Source: Thainema sp. (GTDB taxonomy: Bacteria; Cyanobacteriota; Cyanobacteriia; Phormidesmidales; Phormidesmidaceae). From it: a stretch of 52,094 nt of DNA. The stretch spans positions 1 to 52,094 of the forward strand of contig JBQLZK010000055.1 of the NCBI GenBank assembly GCA_052168235.1, in the 5' to 3' direction. The notes beneath the pieces were generated by a model. It was not told the origin of the DNA and made no database searches. It was given only the letters and a program-made list of their open reading frames with translations. This document shows positions 11,001 to 18,746 of this stretch, in pieces. Every line of letters starts with the position of its first letter. Position 1 is the stretch's first letter. The translations under genes and the position numbers were made by a program.

Positions 11001-11687
11001 AAATCCGGTGAACCCGTCCGAGCGTTGGGAGTTTATATGGATATCGACGATCGCAAACAGGCAGAAGCAGCTTCAATTTTAGAAGAACGCAACCGCATGG
11101 CACGCGAAATTCACGATACACTCGCTCAGGCGTTTACCGGGATTCTGGCTCAGGTCGGAGCGGCAAACCAAGTGCTCACGGATGATGTAGAAGCCACTCA
11201 GGCACATCTAGATCTGATCAAAGAATTGGCGCGAACTGGACTGGCTGAAGCACGGCGATCGGTCGTCGCGCTCCGTCCTCAGCTTTTGGAGGAGGGCAGT
11301 TTACAGAGTGCTCTCCATCGTCTCGTCGCTCAGACTAGAGCTGCCGCAATGGATACCACTCTACATTATGAGATTGAGGGTGCAGTGTATGCTTTACCCA
11401 CTGAAGTTGAGAATAACCTACTGCGGATGGGGCAGGAAGCACTAACCAATGCGATTAGACACGCCAATGCTGACGAAATTCGAGTGGAGCTAGTCTACGA
11501 TCGCGATCAGGTTTGCTTGCGCGTGAGAGACAATGGACAGGGCTTTGGAGTTGGCAGTATGCCATCCTCTGAGGGTTTTGGCTTACTCGGCATGAGCGAA
11601 CGGGCAGAGCGCATCGGCGCACAACTCACGATTAGGAGTCAACCTGGACAGGGAACAGAGATTATTGTCACCGTCAATCGGAAGTAG
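5040..11687 (+). CDS. Hybrid Ser/Thr kinase - AAA ATPase - GAF - multi-PAS - HisKA_3 sensor histidine kinase (HstK-like)
   Basis: HKDINPGN/DFG/SPEQTGR kinase motifs; GYAGVGKT and FLDDLQW Walker A/B; GAF (LYLEN...FT); four PAS units; ERNRMAREIHD and EALTNAIRHA/DNGQGF; GGAG upstream of ATG 5040. Confidence 0.92.
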   Translation: MVTLPGVTIHSKIYESLASLVYRGIREQDNCAVIAKVLKQDYPSPQELTRYRQEYEITRFLNIEGVVKAYSQQDYQRTLVLLLEDFGGESLECWMRQQSDFSPMTLSVFLNMAIAITDTLGKIHAAHVIHKDINPGNIVFNPRTGVVKIIDFGIATRFSRTNPTFKSLHLLEGTPAYLSPEQTGRMNRMLDYRTDFYSLGVTFYELLTGQLPFPTNDLLELVHCHIARPPIPPHKLNAAIPQSVSDLILKLMAKNAEDRYQSAWGIKADLKRCTQQLVEMGQINALPLGLQDVSEQFRIPQKLYGREAEIAALWMAFDRVTGSKAVREMMLVSGYAGVGKTALVQELFKPITANQGYFISGKFDQVGRNIPYSAIVNALQKLVQQLLSEPDEQVEAWRSRLLTALGSNGQIIIDVIPEVEFIIGKQPPVPEVGAIEAQNRFNLTFQRFVQAFCAKEHPLVIFLDDLQWIDSATLKLIELILFDEQIQYLFLIGAYRDNKLTSTHPFVLTLESLRNQGVGLQEIILTPLTLEPLTQLVAETFHRNSDTVRSLAQVVFRKTEGNPFFVGEFLKLLHSENLLTFDAQQLSWQWNLTEIEAQDITDNVVELLLRQLQKLPEATQQILSIAACIGSEFDLETLAIVCEKLPKAIFQDLLAAIQAGVIQPLSELDEDLLVQEYKFLHDRVQQAANALIDESCKQVVHLQIGRNLLEKTSPEQRSDRLFEIIDHLNQGLELVTAQPERTEIARLNLAAGQKAKPSTAYEAAFKYFTTGLQLLNSESWQSKYDLTLALYSEAAEVAYLQGRFDEMEQLVEVVLDRAKTVVDKVQVYDSRIQGYLSQGNLKEALKTGSEALKLLGLDFIENPSQADVERELKSTTALLAEREIEDLTNLPKMTAPEPLAAMYILANIMGVSYTVSSELMMLIACKMVNLSINYGNATWSPQSYAAYGFVLCGSVQDIELGYKFGQLALSLVERLDTKKGKAKALQIFSENVMHWKVHLRKVIPVLVDAYQSGVETGDFEFAGYALYGTCYRSFFVGEELSQLDQKTAIYSKASGQIRRENPSTWIAIVWQTILNLLDRSENPSRLVGWVCNEEQALPHAFAVNDRIAIQMLYLHKIILYYLFGEHHQAVQTAILARKHFEEVTAIKFSPIFCFYHSLTLLSLSLEASSSEKATWLSCVSSNQEKVKKWAEHAPMNYLHKFYLVEAEKARVSGQFLEAEEFYERAIADAAENEYIQEEALAYELAAKHYLARGREKIAQTYMKEAHYCYDRWGAIAKVKDLEKRYPQFFSQSSRAASASIPITAKTISNPYHTDFDLAAVMKASQAISREIELKQLLRSLMQILIENAGAQTGYLILENSGEWLIEAASELNADENACATQVLQSIPIADQLPESIIQYVIRTLKPVTLNNATREGAFINEPYIQQHQPQSISCLPLLNQAELVGVLYLENRLATGVFTPERSQVLQLLSTQAAIAIENANLYSELQAKESKITQFLEAIPVGIAIVDATGRPYYTNQCGNQLTGRETDTSIAPEQISEAYQLYVAGTDQIYPAENLPAVRALRGERLRTEDIEIRRDQVTTLIEARGTPVFDQQGNITYAIATFQDITERKQAEKLLADYNCTLEQQVAERTAALRQSESKFRAIFDNSQVGIYRVRLSDGLLLDANQRHANLFGFDSPEEIIGLEYVIGYYANPSDHQHLIDLLKRDREVRSFEAQMRKRDGTLFWGLFSLYLNADGEYTEGVVADISDRKQAEEALQSSEAKFRNIFENSQVGIFRNRISDGLILNANQRLANLLGFDSPEEIIGLEHSIDYFVNPSDREHAREVMKRDGELRSFEAQLRKRDGTVFWGLTSSYLNAADGYVEGVVADISNLKQAEAALQASEERLRLALTASKQGLYDMNLKTEEIVVNPEYALMLGYDPATFRETKSRWVESLHPDDKESMVAVYSGFMTGEAPNYQAEYRLRTRNGQWKWILSVGKIVAWNKSGEPVRALGVYMDIDDRKQAEAASILEERNRMAREIHDTLAQAFTGILAQVGAANQVLTDDVEATQAHLDLIKELARTGLAEARRSVVALRPQLLEEGSLQSALHRLVAQTRAAAMDTTLHYEIEGAVYALPTEVENNLLRMGQEALTNAIRHANADEIRVELVYDRDQVCLRVRDNGQGFGVGSMPSSEGFGLLGMSERAERIGAQLTIRSQPGQGTEIIVTVNRK
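9957..10690 (+). repeat. Tandem intragenic PAS-domain duplication, period 369 bp
   Basis: caggtcggcatc at 9990 and 10359, with long shared stretches (tttggctttgattcacc-like, cgaagctttgaagc, gaaggggtggttgcggatattagc). Confidence 0.85.
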
Positions 11688-11694
11688 CATTACG

Positions 11695-12324
11695 ATGAGC
11701 CAAGCCACGATTATTCGGGTTTTGATTGCGGACGATCACGCCATTTTTCGGCAAGGATTAGCCACGATTATTAACCGTGACCCCGAGATGCAGGTGATTG
11801 CCCAAGCCGAAAATGGGGAACAGGCGATCGCCTTATTTCAGGAACACCAACCGGATGTCACGCTGATGGATCTCCGCATGCCCGAAGTAGAAGGAGTTGC
11901 CGCCATCGGTGCAATTTGTGCGACGGCTAAATCGGCTCGGATTATTGTACTGACCACCTATGATAGTGACGAAGATATTTACCGGGGATTGCAGGCAGGC
12001 GCAAAAGGATACCTGTTGAAAGAAACTGAACCGGACGAGCTTCTAAACGCCATTCGTACCGTTCATCGGGGTCAGAAGTACATTCCGCCCGATGTGGGAG
12101 CAAAGTTAGTTCAGCGACTCAGCAATCCAGAACTGAGTGAAAGAGAACTAGAAGTACTCCGTTCACTGGCACAGGGAATGAGTAATGCAGATATTGCGGC
12201 GGCTTTGAGCATCGGTGAAGGCACGGTTAAATCCCATGTGAATCGGATTTTGAATAAGTTAGATGTGAGCGATCGCACTCAAGCTGTGATTGTCGCCGTC
12301 AAGCGCGGCATTGTCAGTTTGTAG
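11695..12324 (+). CDS. NarL/FixJ-family response regulator (REC + LuxR HTH)
   Basis: IADDH, MDLRMP, GYLLK receiver motifs; LSERELEVL...GMSNADIA...TVKSHV helix-turn-helix. Confidence 0.93.
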   Translation: MSQATIIRVLIADDHAIFRQGLATIINRDPEMQVIAQAENGEQAIALFQEHQPDVTLMDLRMPEVEGVAAIGAICATAKSARIIVLTTYDSDEDIYRGLQAGAKGYLLKETEPDELLNAIRTVHRGQKYIPPDVGAKLVQRLSNPELSERELEVLRSLAQGMSNADIAAALSIGEGTVKSHVNRILNKLDVSDRTQAVIVAVKRGIVSL

Positions 12325-12470
12325 GATGTACTTTCGATCAGATTCGGATTCTAACTTAAGTTAGAGACTACCTTCTATTTTAAGAAGGAGCGACTGCTCC
12401 ATCAAATTACAGCCTGAAAATGTTAACTCACTGTAGACGACAACTAAAAGCCAATTTCTTATATTGAATT
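12325..12470 (+). promoter_or_regulatory. Rightward promoter with perfect palindrome TCTAACTTAAGTTAGA (12350-12365)
   Basis: Inverted homolog of 4790-4934; TATATT at 12460-12465. Confidence 0.7.
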
Positions 12471-12526
12471 CATATGAATTGAGCAAGTGAATCGCAGGGT
12501 TCCATGCTTGATACAGATGTAGAAAG

Positions 12527-13084
12527 ATGATCGACGACCCTAGTTCCAGTTCTTTAGTTGTGCCAGCTTCAACCCAAGATCACAGTCAAGGTGTGCTAAG
12601 TGCCGCCGTGGTGTTAGTGATGTATGGGGATTATCAATGTCCTAGAAGTGCAGCCGTTTACAAGCTGATTAAAATCATTCGGCAAAAGCTTATGGTTTCG
12701 TTTGGAGAGGATTATTTATGTTTTATCTTCCGCCATTTTCCACAGATCCAGATTCATCCCCAGGCGCAACGGGCCGCCCAAGCTGCTGAAGCTGCCGCCC
12801 CCCAAGGAAAGTTCTGGTTAATGAGCGATACTTTATTTGACCATCAACAACGCTTGGAAAACGGTTATCTGGTTGAGTACGCCAATGATTTAGGGCTTGA
12901 CATTCCTCAGTTTCTCAAAGAGTTGTCTAAACAAGTGCATGTCGATCGCATCAATGAAGATATCGAAGGCGGAATACAGAGTGGAGTGACGACTGCTCCG
13001 GCCCTGTTTATCAACGGAAGTCGGTATATCGGGCACTGGAACACAGCAGAGTTGACCGCAATCATTACTTCTGCAAGTCATTAA
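12527..13084 (+). CDS. DsbA/thioredoxin-fold protein with a CxxS active site
   Basis: YGDYQCPRS, FRHFP...HP.A..AA.AAEAA..QGKFW and GV..APALFING motifs. Confidence 0.85.
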   Translation: MIDDPSSSSLVVPASTQDHSQGVLSAAVVLVMYGDYQCPRSAAVYKLIKIIRQKLMVSFGEDYLCFIFRHFPQIQIHPQAQRAAQAAEAAAPQGKFWLMSDTLFDHQQRLENGYLVEYANDLGLDIPQFLKELSKQVHVDRINEDIEGGIQSGVTTAPALFINGSRYIGHWNTAELTAIITSASH

Positions 13085-13276
13085 GCTCCCCGATCTTTGC
13101 TCACAATTGATATTTAATTTGTCCGTAAGTGCTGACAAGCTATCTAGTTCTGATGGCCAGCTTTTGCCTGTTTTGTTAAACAAATTTCTACTTTTTTAAC
13201 CATGACGATAACTGATTCCTGCGTTTGACTTCGTGAATTGCAAATCAGTATTTCGTATTTTATTGAGGCTAATTTC

Positions 13277-13480
13277 ATGACGCATTTACTGGTACAAAGA
13301 AAGAACAATTTTGGGAATGAAGGTACACCTCAACCTGATTCTCTTCGCGATTCCTCAGTTAATCATGCCCTGATTGCGATCGCGCAAGAAGTCACTGAGT
13401 TGCTGAAACAAGCTTACCCATTACAAGTTGGCGAAATTGATTGCATGGGATTAACAGATTGGAACAGTTCTGCTGATTGA
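13277..13480 (+). CDS. Small hypothetical protein
   Basis: GAGG upstream of ATG 13277; lies between co-oriented operon genes; no recognisable motif. Confidence 0.4.
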   Translation: MTHLLVQRKNNFGNEGTPQPDSLRDSSVNHALIAIAQEVTELLKQAYPLQVGEIDCMGLTDWNSSAD

Positions 13481-13574
13481 TTGCTTACTAAGTTGGCGGA
13501 GTCTTTCTAATGAGATAAGCAACGCTTTCATATGGATAAAAACACACCATCAATTTACAAAGGAGAAACCTCTC

Positions 13575-14411
13575 ATGCCTTACATTACCGTTGGTCAAGA
13601 AAACTCTGCAAACATTGATATTTACTACGAGGATCTGGGAACAGGGCAACCCGTTGTGCTGATTCATGGATTTCCATTGAACGGGCATTCCTGGGAGAAG
13701 CAGGTTTTAGTTTTCCTGAATGCAGGATATCGAGTCATTACTTACGATCGCCGAGGATTTGGCAACTCCAGTCAGCCCTCATCTGGCTATGACTACGATA
13801 CTTTTGCCGCCGATTTGAATACACTCATGACCAAGCTTGACTTGCAAAATACCGTGCTAGTCGGCTTCTCAATGGGAACAGGTGAAGTCACGCGTTATCT
13901 TGGCAAATACGGCTCAGAGCGGGTGCAGAAAGCCGTGCTGATGGCTCCCGTTCCACCGTTTCTGTTAAAGACAGACGACAATCCAGAGGGTGTTGATCAA
14001 AGCGTTTTCGATGGCATTATGAAGGCGATTGTTGACGATCGTCCAGCTTATTTCTCTGCCTTTTTCAAAGAGTTCTTCAATGTTGATGTGTTGCTTGGCG
14101 ATCGCATTAGCAAGGAGGCCATTCAAGCTAGTTGGAATGTGGCAGCAGGGGCTTCTGCCAAAGGGACTTTGGATTGTGTTCCGTCCTGGCTTACCGATTT
14201 CCGCGATGATCTGCCCCGCATTGATGTGCCTACTCTGATTATTCATGGCGATAGCGATCGCATTCTACCGCTTGAGTCCACCGCCGCCAGACTGCCAAAG
14301 CTGATTAAAAACAGTCAGCTTGAGATTATCCCTGGCGGACCGCACGCCATCAACTGGACTCACGCTGACCAGGTCAATCCCCTGTTGCTCGACTTTCTTC
14401 AGCAGCAATAG
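13575..14411 (+). CDS. Non-heme chloroperoxidase/perhydrolase-type alpha/beta hydrolase
   Basis: IHGFPL, YDRRGFG.S, GFSMG, HGDSDRILP and GGPH motifs; AGGAG RBS. Confidence 0.9.
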   Translation: MPYITVGQENSANIDIYYEDLGTGQPVVLIHGFPLNGHSWEKQVLVFLNAGYRVITYDRRGFGNSSQPSSGYDYDTFAADLNTLMTKLDLQNTVLVGFSMGTGEVTRYLGKYGSERVQKAVLMAPVPPFLLKTDDNPEGVDQSVFDGIMKAIVDDRPAYFSAFFKEFFNVDVLLGDRISKEAIQASWNVAAGASAKGTLDCVPSWLTDFRDDLPRIDVPTLIIHGDSDRILPLESTAARLPKLIKNSQLEIIPGGPHAINWTHADQVNPLLLDFLQQQ

Positions 14412-14536
14412 TCAGTAATCTGTCGCATTTCTGACTGGTAAAAAAACTGTAATTCATTCGTTGATCAGGCCCACACGCGAGGGCATGTCTACACAGTAAA
14501 TTCTGCAAAGTAAACATTGAATAGAGGCTTATAGCA

Positions 14537-15202
14537 ATGTCTGAAAATTCAAAAATCGGCCTAGAAGGACTGCTTCGTCCAGAAGATAGCATCCTGGTAC
14601 TGATTGACCACCAGCCCTATCAGTTCACCAACTTGAACAGCCACGAACCGACGATGATCATTAACAATGTTGTTGGTCTTGCCAAATCGGCAAAGGTGTT
14701 TGATGTACCCACAATTCTCACTACAGTCATTGAAGAAAGAGGGGGGGTTATCATTAAGGAATTACAGGATGTTTTTCCTGATCAAAAACCGATCAACCGC
14801 ACTTTCATCAATACCTGGGAAGATCCAAATGTGACAGATTTAGTGAAGAAAAGTGGCCGCAAGCAACTGATACTGGCGGCGCTTTGGACCGAGATCTGTC
14901 TGGCAATGCCAGCCATCCAGGCGCTGGGTGAAGGTTATGACGTATTCATCGTGACTGATGCGTCGGGCGGTGTGACTGCGGAAGCTCATGACATGGCGGT
15001 TCGTCGTATGGTTCAGGCGGGTGCCACCCCCATCAACTGGATGGCGGTACTGGCTGAATGGCAACGTGACTGGGCGCGCACAGAAACAGCTGCAGGGGTA
15101 TCAGAGATTATTCTTGAGCATGGCGGTGCCAGTGCTGTGGCCCTGGCCTGGGAACAGCAACTCCTGGCAACACCCCCTCTAGTGACCGCAGGTGCACATT
15201 AA
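14537..15202 (+). CDS. YcaC-like isochorismatase-family cysteine hydrolase (copy 2)
   Basis: About 11 amino-acid differences from copy 1 over the first ~212 residues, counted by eye. Confidence 0.88.
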   Translation: MSENSKIGLEGLLRPEDSILVLIDHQPYQFTNLNSHEPTMIINNVVGLAKSAKVFDVPTILTTVIEERGGVIIKELQDVFPDQKPINRTFINTWEDPNVTDLVKKSGRKQLILAALWTEICLAMPAIQALGEGYDVFIVTDASGGVTAEAHDMAVRRMVQAGATPINWMAVLAEWQRDWARTETAAGVSEIILEHGGASAVALAWEQQLLATPPLVTAGAH

Positions 15203-15237
15203 TACTTGAGGTTTCCTCTACGAAAGCAACAAGTAAA

Positions 15238-15280
15238 ACAGGAGGCAGCATTTTGAAAAAGATGACGTGCTGTCTCCTGT
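15238..15280 (+). terminator. Stem-loop downstream of ycaC copy 2
   Basis: acaggaggcagca / tgctgtctcctgt inverted repeat; no clear U-tract. Confidence 0.4.
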
Positions 15281-15492
15281 ATGAAGTTAAGCATTAGTTC
15301 TCACTACATTCAAGTTAGCGAAGGCAAGGACAGTCTAGGAGTATTTAGACAACAGGCATTTTGGCTGTCGCGACGGCTATGAGGGTTTGATGTGCAAAGG
15401 CTAAGAGCGATCAATGCTCACTAAGATAGCCGTCCGTTGATAATTAGCAACCGGATCCAAGCACCCTATACACACCCATCAAGGAAACGGAG

Positions 15493-16476
15493 ATGGCGAT
15501 ACAAAGTACTGAAAGAACGGAGCAAATCAAGGCAGAAGCGAAACAAGTCACTTACGTGCAGGCCGCGCGGTGGGGTAAGTATCAGTGGTGGCGGTATCTT
15601 CTGGGGCTGATGATTATCCTCTTTGCCTGGATGGTCGCCGCCAACGTCGCCAGCGCACTCGTCGCACTGGCACTGGGCGGCCAAGAGGGTTTTGCGGCGT
15701 TCAGTCGACTGGATTATGCCGCGTTCGGTCCCGTATGGGGCTTCGTCGTGGTCATGGCGGGTTTTCCGGTGTTCCTCGCGGGAATTCTCATCGCTGTCAC
15801 CCTCATCCATCGGCGTCATCCCCGGACGCTCGTCACGGCGAGAGAGAAGATTAGTTGGCGGCGCGTCGGTCACGGCTTCGTGGCTGGGTTCGTACCGTGG
15901 GTTCTGCTCGGTGGGCTGGGGCAGTACCTCCTCTACCCTGATAGCTTCTCCTTCAACTCTGACCTCAAGACGTTCGCGCTCTTTGTGCCGATCTCATTGG
16001 TCATCACTGCGATCCAGACGACCACCGAGGAGCTTTTCTTTCGCGGGTACATCGTGCAGGGTGCGAGCCTGATCTGGTCTAACCGCTTGTTTCTAGCAAT
16101 CGTGTCGGCTGTGCTCTTCACCCTGCCGCACGCCACTAATCCAGAATCACAGGAGGGTGGCTGGATTGGGATGTTTCTCGGACTCTTTGCTGGCACGGGT
16201 CTGCTGTTTGCGATCGTTTCATTGATCGACGGCACCACCGAGCTTGCGATCGGCGCACACTTCGCCAACAACATTGCGTACTTTCTTTTGTTCAACTGGT
16301 CTGGCAGCTTCTTCACCACGCCAGCTTTGTTCAGCATCAGCGAGTACCATGCGAGATTCTACGACTTCACGGCGATCGTGCTGATTCCTGTTTTCCTAGT
16401 AATTGTTTTCTGGGTGTTCAAACGCGACAAGGCATCCGAACCCATTTCCCAGAGCCACCGAAAGGGTGGTCAGTGA
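15493..16476 (+). CDS. CPBP (CAAX/Abi)-family intramembrane metalloprotease
   Basis: EELFFRG, F.L.H and AIGAHFANN motifs; multiple TM helices; visibly GC-richer than its neighbours. Confidence 0.88.
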   Translation: MAIQSTERTEQIKAEAKQVTYVQAARWGKYQWWRYLLGLMIILFAWMVAANVASALVALALGGQEGFAAFSRLDYAAFGPVWGFVVVMAGFPVFLAGILIAVTLIHRRHPRTLVTAREKISWRRVGHGFVAGFVPWVLLGGLGQYLLYPDSFSFNSDLKTFALFVPISLVITAIQTTTEELFFRGYIVQGASLIWSNRLFLAIVSAVLFTLPHATNPESQEGGWIGMFLGLFAGTGLLFAIVSLIDGTTELAIGAHFANNIAYFLLFNWSGSFFTTPALFSISEYHARFYDFTAIVLIPVFLVIVFWVFKRDKASEPISQSHRKGGQ

Positions 16477-16639
16477 CCTCGCCGAGATCTCTCACAGCAG
16501 CAGGGGCGATCTGGCTGGCTTTCGTCATCTACGACGTCGTTAACCCGCCCACAATCCCGGTGATGGTAGCCGCTGGCATGGGCAAACAAACTCGTTTCAG
16601 CAAGGCGAGATAGAGTCAAACAACTATATAAGGAACGTC

Positions 16640-17041
16640 ATGAGTCAACCCAAGTTTTTTGTCACCCCTGGTTATGGGGAATACATGCTGAATGAATTGC
16701 ATTACTCGCAAGCGGTCAAAATTGGCGATCGCGTGGAGATATCAGGTCAAGGTGGCTGGGATGACAATCTGCAAATTCCTGAATCGCTTGTGGACGAAAT
16801 TACTCAAGCGTTTCGGAACGTAGAGCGAACCTTAGCAACCGCTGGTGCGGGTTGGGAGCATGTTGTCCACGTCAATTCTTACCATGTTGGCGGGTTGCCC
16901 CCAGAAGTTAACGACGTGATGGTCAGGCTATATCGCCATTACATGCCCAACCATGCCCCCATTTGGACACAGGTGGGAGTCGCGGCGCTTGGACTGCCAA
17001 CGATGCGGATTGAAATTCGTGTTACGGCAATTGTTCCGTGA
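16640..17041 (+). CDS. RidA/YjgF-family protein
   Basis: YSQAVKIGD..EISGQ, QAFRNV, W..VGV.AL...MRIEI motifs. Confidence 0.85.
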   Translation: MSQPKFFVTPGYGEYMLNELHYSQAVKIGDRVEISGQGGWDDNLQIPESLVDEITQAFRNVERTLATAGAGWEHVVHVNSYHVGGLPPEVNDVMVRLYRHYMPNHAPIWTQVGVAALGLPTMRIEIRVTAIVP

Positions 17042-17147
17042 GTTTGCACAAGCGGCAACAGGCTACTGCGAAGTTAAGGAGTTACCCCCGCTGAGTGATA
17101 TCGAAATCCCGTCACTGTTCACTTTAAATCAAGGAGAGTTGGTACAG

Positions 17148-18116
17148 ATGGAATCTATGAAAGCAGCCGTATTAACTGCGTTTGGTGATGCTGAGAAGTT
17201 TGAAATTCAAACGGTTCCCACACCAAAACTGAAGGCGAATCAGGTGTTAGTCAGAGTTTGTGCAACCTCCATTAACCCGGTCGATTACCAAACTCGTCGT
17301 GGTGATTACAAGGAACTGGTTCAACTACCCGCCATCCTTGGAGTCGATGTCTCAGGGGTGATTGAGGCAGTTGGCGAAGCTGTGACTGATTTCCAGGTGG
17401 GAGACAACGTGTATTACTCGCCGCAAATTTTTGGAGAATTTGGTAGCTACGCTCAGTATCATGTGGCTGATGCAGCGATTGTGGCATTGAAGCCTGCAAA
17501 TCTATCGCATATTGAAGCCGCGTCTTTTCCGCTTGCAGGCGGAACTGCTTGGGATTGTCTAGTGACTAGGGGCAATCTACAAGTGGGTGAAACAGTTCTC
17601 ATCCATGCGGGTGCAGGTGGAGTGGGTTCGATCGCAATTCAACTGGCCAAAGCGATCGGGGCATACGTTTTTACGACCTGTAGTTCTAGAAACCGAGATT
17701 TTGTGACAGAACTGGGCGCAGATCGGGTGATTGATTACAAAAATGAAGATTACGTAGAAGTCATTCGTCAAGAAACAAATGGACTGGGTGTGGATTTAGT
17801 TCTAGATACGATCGGTGGAGAAACCATTCAGCGTAGTCTAGAAATCATCCGTCCCTTTGGCAGGCTTACAAGCATTGTAGACGTTGCCATACCGCAATCG
17901 CTTCTGGAAGCATGGGGCAAGAATCTGACAATTCATTTTGTTTTTTCACCCCAGTACCGAGCAAAATTAGAGGCTTTGACAAAACTCATCGAGCGTCAAC
18001 AGCTTCGCCCAGTGATTGATTCAGTATGGTCTTGGGATCAGGTCGTTCTGGCACATCAGCGTCTAGAGCAGGGAGGAATACGGGGAAAAATTGTGCTGAA
18101 GTTCACAGAAAATTAG
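17148..18116 (+). CDS. NADP-dependent oxidoreductase, zinc-binding dehydrogenase/quinone reductase (MDR) family
   Basis: SINPVD, LGVDVSG, HAGAGGVG and GKIVL motifs; AGGAG upstream of ATG 17148. Confidence 0.88.
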   Translation: MESMKAAVLTAFGDAEKFEIQTVPTPKLKANQVLVRVCATSINPVDYQTRRGDYKELVQLPAILGVDVSGVIEAVGEAVTDFQVGDNVYYSPQIFGEFGSYAQYHVADAAIVALKPANLSHIEAASFPLAGGTAWDCLVTRGNLQVGETVLIHAGAGGVGSIAIQLAKAIGAYVFTTCSSRNRDFVTELGADRVIDYKNEDYVEVIRQETNGLGVDLVLDTIGGETIQRSLEIIRPFGRLTSIVDVAIPQSLLEAWGKNLTIHFVFSPQYRAKLEALTKLIERQQLRPVIDSVWSWDQVVLAHQRLEQGGIRGKIVLKFTEN

Positions 18117-18202
18117 ACCAGCTTTACGGGTTGGTAATGGCTAAACAGATCGGAGTTTGATTGTGTGCTGAAGGTCAATATTGATTGGAACAGGAGAAAC
18201 AG

Positions 18203-18362
18203 GATGATACTGCAAGATAAAGTGGCTTTAGTTACTGGAGAAACATCGGAAATTGGCAGAGCAACTGCGTTAGCGTACCCCTACGGGGAAGCAAGCTACC
18301 CGCAGCGTTCCGTTGGCGCAGCCTCTCGTAGAGAAGGAAAGCTTGATGAAGTTATCGTTTAA
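18203..18362 (+). pseudogene. Short-chain dehydrogenase N-terminal remnant
   Basis: MILQDKVALVTGETSEIGRATALAY (degenerate TGxxxGIG), then disrupted by small repeat insertions and a stop. Confidence 0.7.
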
Positions 18363-18371
18363 AGCATCTCA

Positions 18372-18530
18372 TTGAACGGAGGAGAGATTCAAATATCAGC
18401 CAAAAACAAAGCCATTTTAGAGGCAGCAAACGCGGCGATCGCTGAAGGCAACAATGAAGGATACTTGTCATTCTGTGCCGACGATACGAAATGGACGTTT
18501 GTCGGCGACAGTACCCTTAACGGAAAAGAA
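18372..18530 (+). pseudogene. SnoaL/NTF2-like protein remnant
   Basis: NKAILEAANAAIAEGNNEGYLSFCADDTKWTFVGD..L.GKE, after which similarity is lost. Confidence 0.6.
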
Positions 18531-18746
18531 AACAATCGTCATGATGCAATTCATGACGATTGTTCTGAAAATGCTGAGCGGGACGTGCGATCGCAGATCT
18601 AGCGTATTGAACAGCCACAAAGTGTCAGCTAGAATCTTTTGCAGCTGAGCTTCAGTCAGTCAAGTCCTTCATTTTCTGAGGAAAGGCCTGCTATGGGTAT
18701 AGCGAGCCTTCCTCAAAAAATTGTCGCAGGGCAGCGCTAACCACGA

